From Phoronis australis (lineage: Eukaryota; Animalia; Phoronida), in contig NMRA01000514.1 of assembly GCA_002633005.1 (NCBI GenBank), forward strand, positions 124,001-188,000: a stretch of DNA of 64,000 bases, read 5' to 3'. Both the position numbers and the translations under genes were made by a program. Numbering within the stretch: position 1 is the first letter of the stretch; every line of letters begins with the position of its first letter. This document shows positions 13,450 to 27,562 of the stretch, in pieces. Under the pieces are notes generated by a model. The model did not search any database. It was not told the origin of the DNA and worked only from the letters and a program-made list of their open reading frames with translations.

Positions 13450-16400
13450 AGGTATCTCCACCCTTATCGGACTCGTTAATTTGAAACAGTTTCGAAATCA
13501 AAAATCCACCCTTCTTTAATGAAAACACTAAAACGGTCCAGGTTTTTGTAATTAAAAGTGTGATTACTAACTAAGATTCATTTTTCTGCTATTTTTACCT
13601 ATTTTGCACGTGTGGTGTCGCCAACAATGTTTAAAAGGGCGTGTTAAAATTTTCGGGGCAATATTTATTATCAAACAATAAATAATAAATTTCAACTTCT
13701 TCATTCTTTTACCAAAATTCATTGGCAAATTACAAGAAAGTGCGCAACTTAAAACGCAGGCAGATTCTACATTTGAAAAGATCGCATATCAGTGAGGTGG
13801 AAAGGTAAATATAAAATTACCAAGTGAGAATACTTACAAAATCTCTTTAGAGCTCCTCTACAGCTCAGGGTTCACTACTATGCAAATGAGACGCTCGTGT
13901 GAAGCTTGCGCCGGATTCCGCGAATTTTCTCTTTCAGCTTCGCTGACCTAAATCGCTTCACTGTCGGTCATTTTGCTAAATCATCGCTAGTAAGGTCTAG
14001 AGGTTAATTTAGAAACTCGCACCTTTTACTGCGTGGTCTAACCTGTCTGTACTGATTACCAGTTACCGTAACTGTATATTTTAAAAATATCTAAGACGCG
14101 AGAAATATTTATGGTAGTTCAGAAAATCCAAACGAAGTAGCTTCCTAAGGCGTTCAACTATTACCGGGAGGCCAAAAAGCACGAGTCGATCTTTTTGTAC
14201 TGAAAAGGTACTTATTTTGAAGTCGGCCTCTACACTGTCAAAAATACAATGACCTGACCAAAAATACAATGACCTGACCAAAAATAACAAAATGTATATC
14301 CGTGGGGTGGTTTGTATTCTTGTTTGGTGGAAAACGAATACAGCGAAGAATATTTAGACCAATAAACATAGTTTATGTGCACTATTGTCCTCTAGGATTT
14401 GCCCATCATGAATGAGTTACCCATGCGATAGCTGTAGAGAGCAACTATGAATGAAGGGTCATCTCTTGTTTTGCCCGGCTTCAGTCAAGTTTGCGCATGC
14501 CTGCTACAATGCAAACAAATAAACTGGTCACAGATTTTTTCAATAGCAAAATATGCATTGCTTGTCACTGCTTTTTCACGCAATGTTTTCAGAGTAAATT
14601 GACGGCTTTTGTTGACTGATCTAAACCAAAGTACATGCAGCTAAGATAGCGGAGAAGTACAAACTTCCCTTGTATTTAGCCGGTGTTTGTTAACTTGATG
14701 AAAACGTGTCTAAATGTAGTTTACACTAATTCAATACAAATTTTGTATAAGTAACTACGGTACCAGTTTACTGACTCTATATATGCTGCAATGAGTCGGT
14801 CAACAACCTCCCGTTATATGTGTAGTTTTATTAATTTGATGAAAACTATTTACACTAAACTAATATTATCACTCTAATGTGTATTTTCTAATTTCCTTCC
14901 GCTGGTTGCAACAGTGGCGTTCCTCTCATAACCCTTTCGTCAGCCCAGTACAGCCGAATACGTGAAGTATTTAGCTGCAGGCTATTGATTGAAAAATCGG
15001 TTAACGACAACTTGGTAAATTTAATAAGATAACCATGACTCCCCCCGCTGTGATCATCACCGTGAAGGGTAGACAACCTTCTATCTTCGCGACCTGCAAG
15101 GGCGTTCTAAGTCATTAATAACGTTTGTTCTCATAAATACAGTTCTGTTATCATGAGGTGCATTTTTTTCTCATGCGCCGCAATTTTATTAATTGGAAAT
15201 ACTATTATTTCTCATACATCGTACTTGCTCCCAGTTCTAAGGCGCAAACATATTTGATGACGGTGTGGAGCAACCTGAGCCTCGTGTGAAAAGAAATGCG
15301 GTTCATGAGAAAAGAATTGATTTCGGAAGAATAGAACTGCGGTTCATGAGAAAAGAACTTCAAGTTGCAGAAAAAGGTGCTGCGCGAATGAAAAAGACGC
15401 GTTGTAGATGGGAACGGCTTGTCATGGTTACTTCAGACGGAAAGTTAACATATTCCGTCGGTGTTAAATGATGCTGACACTTGTCACCTTAGTTATGAAT
15501 TGCGGTCGATTGAAGGTGTTATAAAGACAAACTCATTTATTAATTTTCATTCATTGTAATTACCACTGTTATGGTTCGTCAAAATGTCAAATACCGATTT
15601 TATTTGAACTTTTACATTTCTTCCGCTGCTCGACGGTGTCGAAGGGCATTAAATGTCGCTCTCAACACTCCTTTTATGGGAGCGGAATTCAATCCACACT
15701 TTACAAATGTGTATCTCCGATAACAGTATCCAGATAGAAAAAATCCCAATAACCGTAACTCCGTTATAAATAGAACAAACACGGTGAACACATTTCAAAT
15801 TCTTCTGATGTTCAACCCGTCAACAGTGTTTAGGGTACTTATGATTGATCTTATTTTAATTAAAGTGTGTAAAAATAATGTTTCCTGAAGCAACAGTTTA
15901 ATTACTGGAGGTCGCCATCTAATACATGCAGTTGCAATTTCAACCGCAGAGTGGCGCCACTCACAAGTTGATGTCGGCTCCCATAATATAATCTATGTCG
16001 CGAAAATAGTATTTCTGCCACCTAGACATTTCCCCATTCACTAGTTAATGCGCACCCTCCAGTAAGTCCCCGTAAATTGTCCCTCAATGCCTGGATGCCC
16101 ATTTTTGCTCATACCTAGGTCAGACACCAGGTAACGAGAGAGACTAGACTACACGCCAGTGTTTGTTTATGGCGACACAAATGCTAAGTTGAGGTCGTCT
16201 TGTATTGCAGAGACACCTATAGTTCAGCTAATGCACGCCGTAGCTATCAACGGAACCGATTTTTCAGCGAAATATGACCGATTTTTGTTACTAAAAACCG
16301 CGAAGCCAAGTTTAAACTGCATTGCGGTGTCAGATGTCATTCTGGACAATGATTTATCTCTGTTAACATTATGCTTTCTTAAAGATTTACTTTCAGCGTT

Positions 16401-17139
16401 ATTCTACACCAGTTTTTAAGACAATAGCAACGATGACCACATAAAGCCAAAATCCAAAAAAAAATAATTCAACACGGCAAAAGCATATATTACCTGAAAC
16501 CAGAAATCACTATAGACGTTAATTTTGAAGTGTTGACCTTGCGACGAAAGCGGCATAAGCAAGGTCACCTGATTCAGGGGAAGTCGAAGGAATCTCAGAT
16601 TTTTGTGGAAACAAAAGTAAAAGAAAAACACATTCACTTTTGATGAAATCTCTCCTAAAAACTGATGAAGAGTTGTCTGGGATGAATTTGAACAATTCTA
16701 TTCAACGTTTCCCGTTTTATTTCTACTTCATTTTCGCGGATGATGTCTTATAAATAGTCTGGTTTACGTGGGATTTGAAAGAGTTTTGGTTTTAGAGCTA
16801 CTTCAACTGATTTCCTACGTTATAGCAGTCGGGCAGCCCCCTAGCGATCTGTGACTGAACTGTCCCGTTTACAAACACCAGTAATGCTACGCCGAAATGT
16901 TTCATATGCATGTTATACACTGTAGTTTGATCAAATGTTTCGAGATGCTAATTCGGCCAAGCAGCTGTCTAAACAACATAATATGTAAACATCAGCGAGC
17001 GAATTTATGCTGGAAATTGCCACAGATAATATACATGTAGTTACTACAGTATCTTTAATAATGCATAGATAGAGGGAAACTAAACCCAAAATGTCTGTGC
17101 CTTTCTACATATATACAGTATGGAATAAATTAATTTAAT

Positions 17140-17400
17140 GTGTAGTGGCTTTATAGCAAGGTATTATTTAACTTGCGACATCCATGCGACGGGCGACAAG
17201 GAGGGGAACCGAAATTTCACCAATCTACTTTTCGAGAACGGGACCTTACCTACTGGACGGAGGTCAGTTTGCCAAACGGAAACCTCCCCCTGGAAGTTCG
17301 TTTTGCACCAGCGTTGCTTTCTACAGTTAACGTTATTTGTTACGCCGGGTTTGAGAACGTTATGGAATCTACGAAGCTTGAAACATCTAGTTTGATTTCA
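17140..17400 (+). pseudogene. Decayed Polinton/Maverick major capsid protein, C-terminal part
   Basis: GNLPLEVRFAPALLSTVNVICYAGFENVME followed, after a frameshift, by (I)YEA*NI*FDF. This matches the Polinton MCP C-terminal pattern GNLRLEVRFxxALxxTVNVIxYAEFxNxIEIDxxRNxxFDY. Upstream remnants ATG..EGN..DLT are weaker. Confidence 0.75.
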
Positions 17401-17404
17401 AACC

Positions 17405-17755
17405 AGGAAGACACATCAAATAAGAACATTCTTGAAAATGCCGGCTTCATCGGAGAAATTTTTGGCGGATATGACTTGCAAGCAATGTTTTTGTGTAATT
17501 TTGGGGCAGTTTCACATATGAATACTTACGTCATCAGCTACGACTCGAGCCACAAACCTGAAACATGAATACACATGGGTGGCCATTTACCAGACCGAGG
17601 ACGGAAATGTGGAATATTTTGACGCCATGTCACCATCATCGGACTACTTGCGAGACTGTCTTGATAAAAATGCCAGTGGATGGACAACTCGGGGACTTTA
17701 GTCGTCACGCAGTATATTTTACTTGTGTGTCGCTGCCGGGAATGGAGCGCAGACT
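17405..17755 (+). pseudogene. Decayed Polinton/Maverick adenain-like cysteine protease
   Basis: Directly after the MCP remnant, in shifting frames: KTHQIR/NILEN..FGG, YVISYDSSHKPET, (H)WVAIYQTEDGNVEYFDA (W at 17576), DCLDKNASGW, HAVYF..RCR. This matches the MNTxQI...YVxNTDxxxxPGxHWVAIY...EYFDS...CGxYCxYF..RCRG pattern. Confidence 0.75.
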
Positions 17756-17758
17756 TAA

Positions 17759-18240
17759 GGGCGTTTCATACTAACGTCGACGCGTCGATGGTTTGGGGAG
17801 TTGCGGTCAGTATGAACGCTTAAGTCCGGTCCTGGATCGAAGTTAACAGCTCCAGTTAACATCGCAGTTAACAGGTGGATTTAAAAGCGTCGACGCTGCG
17901 GTGCAGTATGAAGGGTTAACTTCGGTCCAATCAAAGTTAGTCGCCAGGTGCCACTGTTATCGTCAACAATTACAGGGTAGTGCCGTCACTAATAACTGCT
18001 TATACTGTGCTCTAATAATAACGAATCGATTCAAAAATAAGTTTAATGTCAATAAGCACATGGAAATGTTCCCAAATAGTCACATTGAACAAAATCTTAG
18101 CGTGCAGTGCTACCTTGCGATAACTTCGATGACTACAGCGTCACTTACCGTTTAATTACTTCGACGTTCATTAACTACCAAAGCCAGTAGGAACGGTCCG
18201 GTTAACTGCTCTGCGACGATGTGGATATGAAGTACGTTGA
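17759..18240. mobile_element. Degenerate PIF/Harbinger-like MITE inserted at the end of the Polinton protease remnant
   Basis: TAA followed by GGGCGTTTCATACT, with internal repeats gcggt(g)cagtatgaa at ~17803 and ~17898. The right end is eroded and its boundary is approximate. Confidence 0.45.
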
Positions 18241-21200
18241 AAATTGCGACATGTTTTTAAGAACGAGTTTTGTGTCAAAAATGATCTGTTGTAAATCACT
18301 CAACCGTGTCTAGTAAGTATCATAACTTGGTGTTGCGGAATAACGCCGCATGATCCGAGCTGTGTGAGCCACTATTGATGCAAAGGTCACCTATTTGCAG
18401 AATTTTTTATTTTCACATTTTTAAGCTGTCAATGAATACAACCGCACTTTGTTTAGCGTAGATAATGTTCAAATAGCTCTGTCGTTTAATTCGTGCTATA
18501 CATTAGCATAGTTAGGAGCATGCAACCACATTTTAATGCTTGCTTACGAAAAATATTCGGAGAATAGACATTTATAATAACAATAAAATAAACTCACCAC
18601 AAAAGAAGTGTCGGTAAAACAACCTCAGAAGATGATTCTACAAAATAAAATAAGACGCGTATTTAAAAAGAGTCTCGGAACTTCAGTCTACACAGTAAGC
18701 TATGTCATTTGTATAGCTCACTGGACTAAGTTGGACGGTTGACCAAAAACATCAATGAAATGCTGTATACCACACATGCAAATTACAATTACTGCAAACA
18801 ACAGTCAAGATAGATTATTAAAGAGGGGAGTTCAGCAGAGTGAGCGTCATACTTCCGGTTTTACAACATTAGAATACGACAAATACAGTAAATACGGTAA
18901 AAAGTGAAACATTTAAAATGATATCGTCAGAAATTTACTTTCTTGAGAAATGTTTTGAGTTAAGAGTTTAGAAAAGAAATTTTCCAACACTTGAGTTAGA
19001 TATATTACTTAATTATCACACCGAAAATTTGCTGATTGTTATCTAAGAAAGCCTCCCCATCTTGTGCGGACGTAGGGTGGTGACGCGGTTTTTATACTTT
19101 CAGCAAAAGAGGGTCTTATCCGTGCTAACAACGATATAGCGGCCTTGATGTGCTAATACTAAACCACGTATGGACGATATCATCGGCCCAGTCGTTCTAA
19201 TTTATGCTGGCAACGATGATAGTCCTAGTAATTGTGATATGTGTGGACAAATTCGCCAATGCAAACCGTCTTATCTATGATAATAACTTTGTACAGGTAA
19301 AAGTATACCCTAAACGGGCGATATCATCCGTCCAGTACTTATAATTTATGCTATGACGATGATGGACTAATTTGTTCGTGTAAAGCATTTCGCACATGTT
19401 GGAGTTTTACTACGCTATCAACGCTGAAGTTTGTCAAAAGCATCAGTTTGGAATATTGCGAGATGGACACAGATTCATTGTACATGGCCGTATCTGGTAG
19501 TTCTCTATTATGTTTTTCACTAGGTGCTCGAAGAACATGTCATATCCTCTGACACAGCGCCACCTATAGTGTAAAGTGGTACTGTACACAGTTCAAATGC
19601 TGACAAGACATACATTTGTATACTCACCTATGCGAACGCAGGCTACTTACTCCATTTATCACGTTATCGAGTACAATGGTGTGAATGAATCATTCGGCAT
19701 TATCGCGAGAAAAATCAGACGGAAGTGACGTCAAGGAAACTCGTACAAATATCGCGTTATAAGAATTCGAGGGATTTTATGTACGGCGCTTTCGTGATTT
19801 GAATGCATTATGGGACGGTTGTCGGCTAGCAAACATCCGGTGATACCACGGAAAACTGGGTGGCCTGTAAGCAGTATGACGGAAATCGGAAGTTGTCACA
19901 TAATTGAAAATCCGGATCAACTGCAACAGGCTTTTTGGCGCGAGCTAAACAAGAAAAACAAGAATAAAACTTTGAAGTGAGCTACTAATGAAAATGTAGC
20001 AAATCTTTCGGTGTCCGAAAGATTTTCGATGTACGCGCAATCCGATCATACTGAAGTGAATCTCACCACCGCTAGACTTGCGTTCAATAGACCACAGAAA
20101 CTCGCGAAACGTTAGATTCAAGAGGATGACTTATCGATATATTGCAATGCCTTAAAAGCGAAGCACATGGTCATCACACTGGCTTTGCTCTCTAGCTTCT
20201 TGTGTCTACGGCACGTGACCCAGGTTAAAGCGAGTTCCCAAGTTTAAGTATCAGCGGATGTTTACGAGGCGACAACCGTCGAACAGTGCATTTGAAAAAC
20301 GCAGCCATTGAGCACCGTACGTTTTGCTGAAGATGGAAGTCCTCCCGAATTCCCTCAAAAGAAAATTATGGAACACCCATTACACCGTGGATCTTGATTT
20401 CACTCATTACATTTTGAAAAAATAGCAGTAGCGCGTATATTCTTCAATTCTGTGAGTTCCAATGGGTGTCAGCATCATCAAGCACTGAGATGAACAGTTT
20501 CAACAGCACCACTCACCCAAAATGGCATCAATCTTGTGCAAGTTCTTGTAAGATAATCACAACGAGTAAACAACGTCATATGTAGCCAGACAACGACAAT
20601 TTCGAACGCCCAACCATGCACGATTTTTGTGCCGTGTTGACTGGGCTTTTGGGTGAATTTCGCGGTGACGTAAAAGGAAGACGTGCTTCGGAACTCTGAC
20701 AGTATTTAAGGGCTGTTACGTAAGGCAATTCATGTACTTGATGTGTGAGACCAGAGTGATGCTGTAAACATGATTTAAAAATTAAGTTAGCATGTGTTGT
20801 CGCCCAAGATGGGTTTTAAAATTGTCTGGCTTGATCAATTCTAATTATTAAGTAATAGTCCCATTAGACGGCTGTTAGATGTATTCAGTGCTAAGCTATT
20901 ACACGTACTTTCAAGGCTTCGAATTGTGAGCTTGATCTCAATCAATATTTCTAATCACGAGCTTCTTTGATAAGCTAGATACCCCAGCGACCTGTGTCGT
21001 CTGCTTTGTCAAGTCGTCTGCTTTGTCAAGTCCTCTGCGTTGTAGTTGTCTGGTTTTGAAAAAAAAAAAACGGAAATTCATATCATGGTGACTGAGAGTA
21101 AAAAGTAAAAGATAAAAGGACAAAGTTGCAGGTTTGTCGCGTTTTTCTTGGAAACGCAATGCGGCGCCGCCATTCGGTCATTATTCTTTAGTGTTACGCA

Positions 21201-22223
21201 AACGTATGAAGCGGAAATAATATCATGCCGTTCATCATTTAAATGGAAACCAAATAAGAAGTCACTAGCGATATCTATTTTCAAGTTGATTTTATTTGCT
21301 TTTTAGGCGAAATTACACCGATGTTCCATTTACTATTAACATTAAGTTGAGATGGGTACTAACCATTTTCGTTACGTAACTGCACACGAGTGCCAACACA
21401 AAGTGTACATGAGTCACTAATGAACAAATCCATATCCATGAATATACATGCGCGGGATACCACCATGCCTGGTCCTTGGATGTTACGTAACTCAGTGAGG
21501 ATTAAATCTCTTAATGTTTTTAGAATTGATCGACAAAACTCTAAAGTACATCTGTTCAGTGCCAGTAAACGCTGCAAACTTTTCATTCCTGAATTCACAT
21601 TATGAAATATGCTGCCTTTTTGTCAAACCTATTTTTCAATGAAACTCAGAAATTCGAATATTTGACGGGGGTTCTGCTGTTACTACCACATGTCTAAGTA
21701 CATCCTATCCTTTCAAGTATAGTGAATTTAATGAATATTTTTGCTTCCTTTTAAATGTCACTAGAACAGTAATATAACTTTTAAAACTTTCATTCGTGTG
21801 AAGCAAAGTTACGATAAATTTTTGAACCACAAAAGTGGATTCGCACACCAGTTCTTATTACATTGTAATATTTACAATGAGTACAGCCTCTTCAGAAACA
21901 TCACTGCTTACCAAGAGGGCCCTCAACAACAAAATATAAAAGAGTGATATAATACAATAAAGTAGTAAAATAAATGATTAAATACGTGTAACTAAGATAC
22001 AATTAAAACAGGATGAGAATTTAGATAATAAATAAAGGGCGAAGGATGATCAAAATTTGACTAGTAGGTCTTAACAATGAAATTCATACAACAATGCTTT
22101 CCGCAAGACTTAGTTTCTCTACATTAATTATCTTGCTCGAAACTTCTATAAAAAAATGTTTCTTGAAGGGCCGTTTTCAAAGGCGTCCAGACAATACGCG
22201 ATGCAAAATATTCAGAAACTAGG

Positions 22224-23906
22224 AGACAACCCCATCCCCAAGAAATATCCTGGACACCCACAGACGCAAACCCATAACTAGAAGCCGGTACCGGAACTGA
22301 ACATACAGCTGGACAGACAACTTCTGTTTCTTCCAATTTGAAGATTTCTCACCGTGAACGCTAGCATGAATAACAAAGGGCTCTCGGTGAGCTCCGCACA
22401 CTCTATCAAGCCATGAAGTACATGTAGTTGTGAGAAAAGGGTGCGCCTCTTAAATACACAAATGGGTGTTTTTAAAGGAATACAGCTTCCTATAGACCCA
22501 CTATCAAATACATTTTAAAGCTTTGACGGTTTGTTACGACCTCAGAATATTGAATTGTGTGGTGTTGGTATCAAAAAATATGGACATCACCTAAAAGTAA
22601 TATTTCAATATCATTTAGTGTTGCCTTACACTAAAAAGAGTCAGATCTAATTGTGTGCAATTAAGAAATGAAATCCATTATTTATGTATGAAATACCAGC
22701 TGAGACTAATACATCATAGTGATCAATGATTATATGTGGAGATAAGAAACGAAAAGTCGAACTTGGTTAACAGTTTTCTACAGTTTTCACTGAACATTGA
22801 CCTTTTTATGACGGTTTGTGATTTGTGGAATATCCGTCACCAAGACCGCCTGTTGGCTGAAAATGAAGGTGTACGTCCATTGTTTTCCTTGGTTGACTGC
22901 ATTCGGCATCGACCGATCGGCGCCCCAAAATTCATTGACGACCACCTACCCACATCTTCATGTCGTGGTCCCTGACGCTAAATCGATACGACTGGGGAGA
23001 CCGGGAGAGTTCACGCCACAAATCCATTTCTATTAAATGGCGGAGTTATTAAAAACCCATTATTGCANAGACAACCCCACCCCAAGAAATATCCTGGACC
23101 CAGTCCCACAGACGCAAACCCATAACTAGAAGCCGGTACCGGAACTGAACATACAGCTGGACAGACAATCTGTTTCTTCCAATTTGAAGATTTCTCACCG
23201 TGAGCGCTAGCATGAACAACAAAGGGCTCTCGGTGAGCTCCGCACACTCTATCAAGCCATGAAGTAGTTGTGAGAAAAGGGTGCACCTGGTAAATTCACA
23301 AATGGGTGTTTTTAATGGAATACAGCTTTCTATAGACCCACTATCAAACACATTTTAAAGCTTTGACGGTTTGTTACGACCTTAGAATATTGAATTGTGT
23401 AGTGTTGGTATCAAAAATATGGGCATCATCTAAAAGTAATCTTTCAATATCATTTAGTGTTGCCTTACACTAAAAAGAGTCAGATCTAATTGTGTGCAAT
23501 TAAGAAATGAAATCCATTATTTATGTATGAAATACCAGCTGAGACTAATACATCATAGTGATCAATGATAATATGTGGAGATAAGAAACGAAAAGTCGAA
23601 CTTGGTTAACAGTTTACTACAGTTTTCACTGAACATTGACCTTTTTATGACGGTTTGTGATTTGTGGAATATCCGTAACCAAGACCGCCTGTTGGCTGAA
23701 AATGAAGGTGTACGTCCATTGTTTTCCTTGGTTGACTGCATTCGGCATCGACCGATCGGCGCCCCAAAATTCATTGACGACCACCTACCCACATCTTCAT
23801 GTCGTGGTCCCTGACGCTAAATCGATACGACTGGGGAGACAGGGAGAGTTCACGCCACAAATCCATTTCTATTAAATGGCGGAGTTATTAAAAACCCATT
23901 ATTGCA
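22224..23906 (+). repeat. ~840-bp tandem duplication joined by a single N (probable haplotype overlap)
   Basis: 22224-23067 and 23069-23906 are near-identical apart from scattered SNPs and small indels. The junction base, 23068, is n. Confidence 0.9.
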
Positions 23907-25631
23907 CACACTGGAGATTAAAAATAATGTATTCAGACGAGTCTTGGCACTGTCCTCATGATTTTGTTTAGGTGCGTTGGAATGTTGTTCAATCAAACTG
24001 TCTTAATGACAGCGTGACACGTGTAATCGTATTAATGGAGCACTCATTCGTTATCTGTACACTAATTGCGTTATGAGGAATTATGGTGAACGCAATGACT
24101 ATTAATAATTTAAATCTGCATCCCCCAGCTTTCCAAATTTTCCTCTTGGAAATTTTGAACCCCTTGTTGGATTCCAGTAAAACGATCAGAGCTGTGGTGC
24201 ATAAAACTTCAACATTATCCGCTGGATAAGTCTGATTTTTGTGTGACGTCACGTGCATTGTTCAACAAGAACAATTCGTGACGCATGATAATGCGACGTC
24301 GTTGTTTTTATGCAGCGTATAACTTTTATGCAACTGGGCCCAGAACCCTTCCATCAAGGAATCGATAAAGTAGCAACATCGTTCTTTCAGAACCCAGGCG
24401 TCATTTCGCAACAAGCGTAAGGTTGTGAGAAAGAAGTGTCCATTGACCTATTTAAGGACTAGCGTGAGACGTCGCATACATAGAGGATTGCGGGATAGCA
24501 GGCAGCGGTGCTGGCAGACTTAGCTACTGTAAGTTATCTGTTGAAAGCACTTTATTTGAGTGCCATTTCAACCAGCAAGAGGTTTATCATAGATGCAAGT
24601 GAACTATTTGAAGTCCTCGTAGCACACGTGTTTAACCCTTATTTTAAAAATGGTTAGAAGACGTTATGAGGATCCAAGCAGTACCTATCCCATAACGCAC
24701 GATCCGTAGTCGAAGAAAGTTTAAATAAGCGCGCCACTCATGATTCTGAATAGAAGAACACACCGCTATTTTGAACTAACCGCGAAACCAAAAGCACAGT
24801 TCCTGCACGGGAACCCAGGCTTAAGAATGCTAGCTGTGCCATTACACGTACAACAACCACAAACAATAACAACACATTTACGTACACGGTGACCAAGACG
24901 TTTTAACAACATGACCATCATTCAGGAATAGTTCCTGAACTGACACACAGCAATAGTCGACGATTTTCTAATCTCGGCCGAGGTGCTAACTTGTGCTCAA
25001 AAACGCTATTAATTTGATAACAGACAGGAAGTGAACATATGCTATGTTAAATATTACTTAATTTGGTATACACTTTTACGTTTTTGAACTAGATTGCCCG
25101 TTTAGATAAGGACTTTAAGATCAACTTCCGGCGATCGTCTGCGTGGCGTTTTCAGGGCTTTCGATTGCGGATGACTCGTATCACACAAATCTACGGTTTG
25201 GAATGCACACGCATCGATTTTCGGTACCCGTAAAAGATAACGGTAGCGCAAGACTCAGACTTTATGAGAGTTATTACAGTTATCAGGCCAGATATGGATA
25301 TCGAGGATTTCAGAAAGAGATCCACTCCATAGGGCTTTCTTAGTTTCTTGGAATCGTTTCCCATGTCTGATACGTGTGGATTGTGTGAGTCATATGTCAA
25401 TATTTATCAGCTTCCGGTCTTTAAAGGACATGCAAATATTTCAATTTTTCTCTTGTCAACAGGCGCGCGTCAGACTTCTGTTGTTTTATCACGCTGCAGA
25501 AGAAGTGAAACATCAGTTTCTGTGGCAATATACCTTTAAAATCCATGGGTGTACGGGGGCACTGCGGTTTGCAATACAAGTTTCTAAACATGCATGCCAC
25601 TTCTTTTCCGAAAGGCCTCTCTGGACTCTAA

Positions 25632-26045
25632 GTTGCGTTCACACTGACTGACTACGCCGGTTATAAATTTTTACAGCTGTAACTGGTATAAAATCGCTAA
25701 CGTTCACACTGGGAGTAAGTTGCTTGTCGACAGCGTCATTGAATTCCGTCCACGTGTACAATGTGATATGACATTTACAGCTGAGCAGACCCATCATGTC
25801 GGGTAAAATCAGCTCGTTAAACCGACCTCATAGAGAGTTATAAGCCTGCTGCATTACAGTTATAACTTGTAAATCCGCTACAGAAGCTATGTCTATTATG
25901 AACAGTTTAAAACCGGCATTAAATGTTGCTTATAACTCTAATGTACCACGAAAAAAACAGTAAGTGCGGTTCAGCGAGCAGAACGGTTACAACTGGAGTG
26001 AACGGTTATCGCGGTTGTAAACGTTATTATCGATTGTGAACTTAG
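25632..26045. mobile_element. Degenerate Harbinger-like MITE
   Basis: Repeated cgttcacactg at the left end (25636, 25701) and gtgaac motifs at the right end, with recurring ttataa/ttacag units between. Confidence 0.35.
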
Positions 26046-27562
26046 AACGAATTCATATGGTACTGCAAATCTGTACAACTGAAAAACGGAAGTCAAGGTT
26101 GATGGTACATTGCACTATCTTAAGTTTCTGTTTTTTAACAAGCTTTCCGTTTCAATCCAGTTTTATGGAATTTGAACTCAAGTTCAAAAAACGGTAAGTC
26201 ATAATTGGGACATTAAAAATTAAAATTAAAGAGGAGGTCCAACCATTGGTCGCGTTGCAAAGTTGGTGGTGGCCTGGTCAAATTTGCTGGTATTGTTATC
26301 TTGCACAGACTGGTCACCATAGCACTAGCCACGTACCCAAATAGACTGAGCTGTATACTTAAGTCAGGATAAACTCCACGGTGAATGACATTTCAAAAAA
26401 TAGTTTGCCTTCATAATTCATATAAGGTTACACCAGTTGTGAGTGTTGCAATGTCTCATAGTGTTTAACTTGGTCTATGCGATCCAAACTTCGTGTTCGA
26501 TCGCATGGGAATATTTTGCACATAAACTTATTCCGATGAAGGTCTAAGTTATAAATGCACTGGAGCAGACAAGAATATCTTATTTCGCCAGTCACAAAAA
26601 ATCTTTAATGTATGCAAATAGATGGAAAAGTACACAGTAGGCCCACACGCACCTGTCATGTAAAACTGACATTATCGTCATTTTACCTCAGGGAACTGCC
26701 TTCATGATTAATGGCTACCTTGTAATGAATATTACGTGGTCGATTGATTCTTTTGAATCCGAAGTGACAACATTAGTCATCAAGTCAAACTCAGGTTGCC
26801 AAGACGTCTATATCAAATCATAAAACTGGCCGGTGGCGTGGTCACGAGGCGCGGTCAGGAGGGTGATGCCAGCCTGTAAGTGACTTTAAAGTTGCATTTT
26901 CCCTGTTTATTACACTGGCTAAAAAAGAAAATTGAATTAGGTCTTATACTCTCATATAATCAATCTCTAGGAGTCTATTTCCATTACCAACAAGAACATC
27001 GAAATCCTCGGCCACTCGTGAAAAAGTTTTGGGTTTCTATGGATTGGCCAACGCTAAAACTGCGAACTAGAAAATAATGCATGCAGGTATTGCCTGTGAC
27101 TTGACTTGCCGGTTCATTCGGAAGCAAGTCACAATTGGATGACCGTGATAATGTGTTTAAACCTCAAAGAATTCAGCATCAGGAGCCATACGTCGTCATA
27201 ATGCAACAATCAGCTGTGATCGGTCGTCTTTAACAGTCCTAACAGGAAATGAACAATGTTCTTTTTCCATTTTTCAGCGCATGTGTAGATTTTGTTAACT
27301 CGCCAATATCATAATATTCATCCCTTCACCTTTATTGTGAGCTCCTCTTTTACTTTTGACATTTTCTAACTGTGTGTCAAAAGACTGGGCCCTTTTGACA
27401 TTCAAAATAAATATGGATTGAGTCCTTAACTTAAAGATGTTGGATGAAAAGTTTCCTCTTCGTTTTCAACGAAGAATTTCCGCTCGGTATACATCAACCT
27501 AAACGTGAAGTGCCAATGATGATCAAAAATCACGTTCTTATATGATTAAAATGATTTAAGAA

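Noticed and set aside
13838-14000. Minus-strand frame with an in-frame TGA (DLTSDDLAK*PTVKRFRSAK...) and a nearby splice donor
   Set aside because: No selenoprotein motif or SECIS was recognised and the other frames also contain stops, so it is likely chance or decayed repeat.
14238-14286. Short perfect tandem duplications (also ~20997, ~38638, ~15298)
   Set aside because: Ordinary local slippage duplications of about 17-23 bp with no further structure.
22736-23875. Duplicated short ORFs (79 aa and 72 aa)
   Set aside because: No recognisable protein, and the duplication is a probable assembly artefact.
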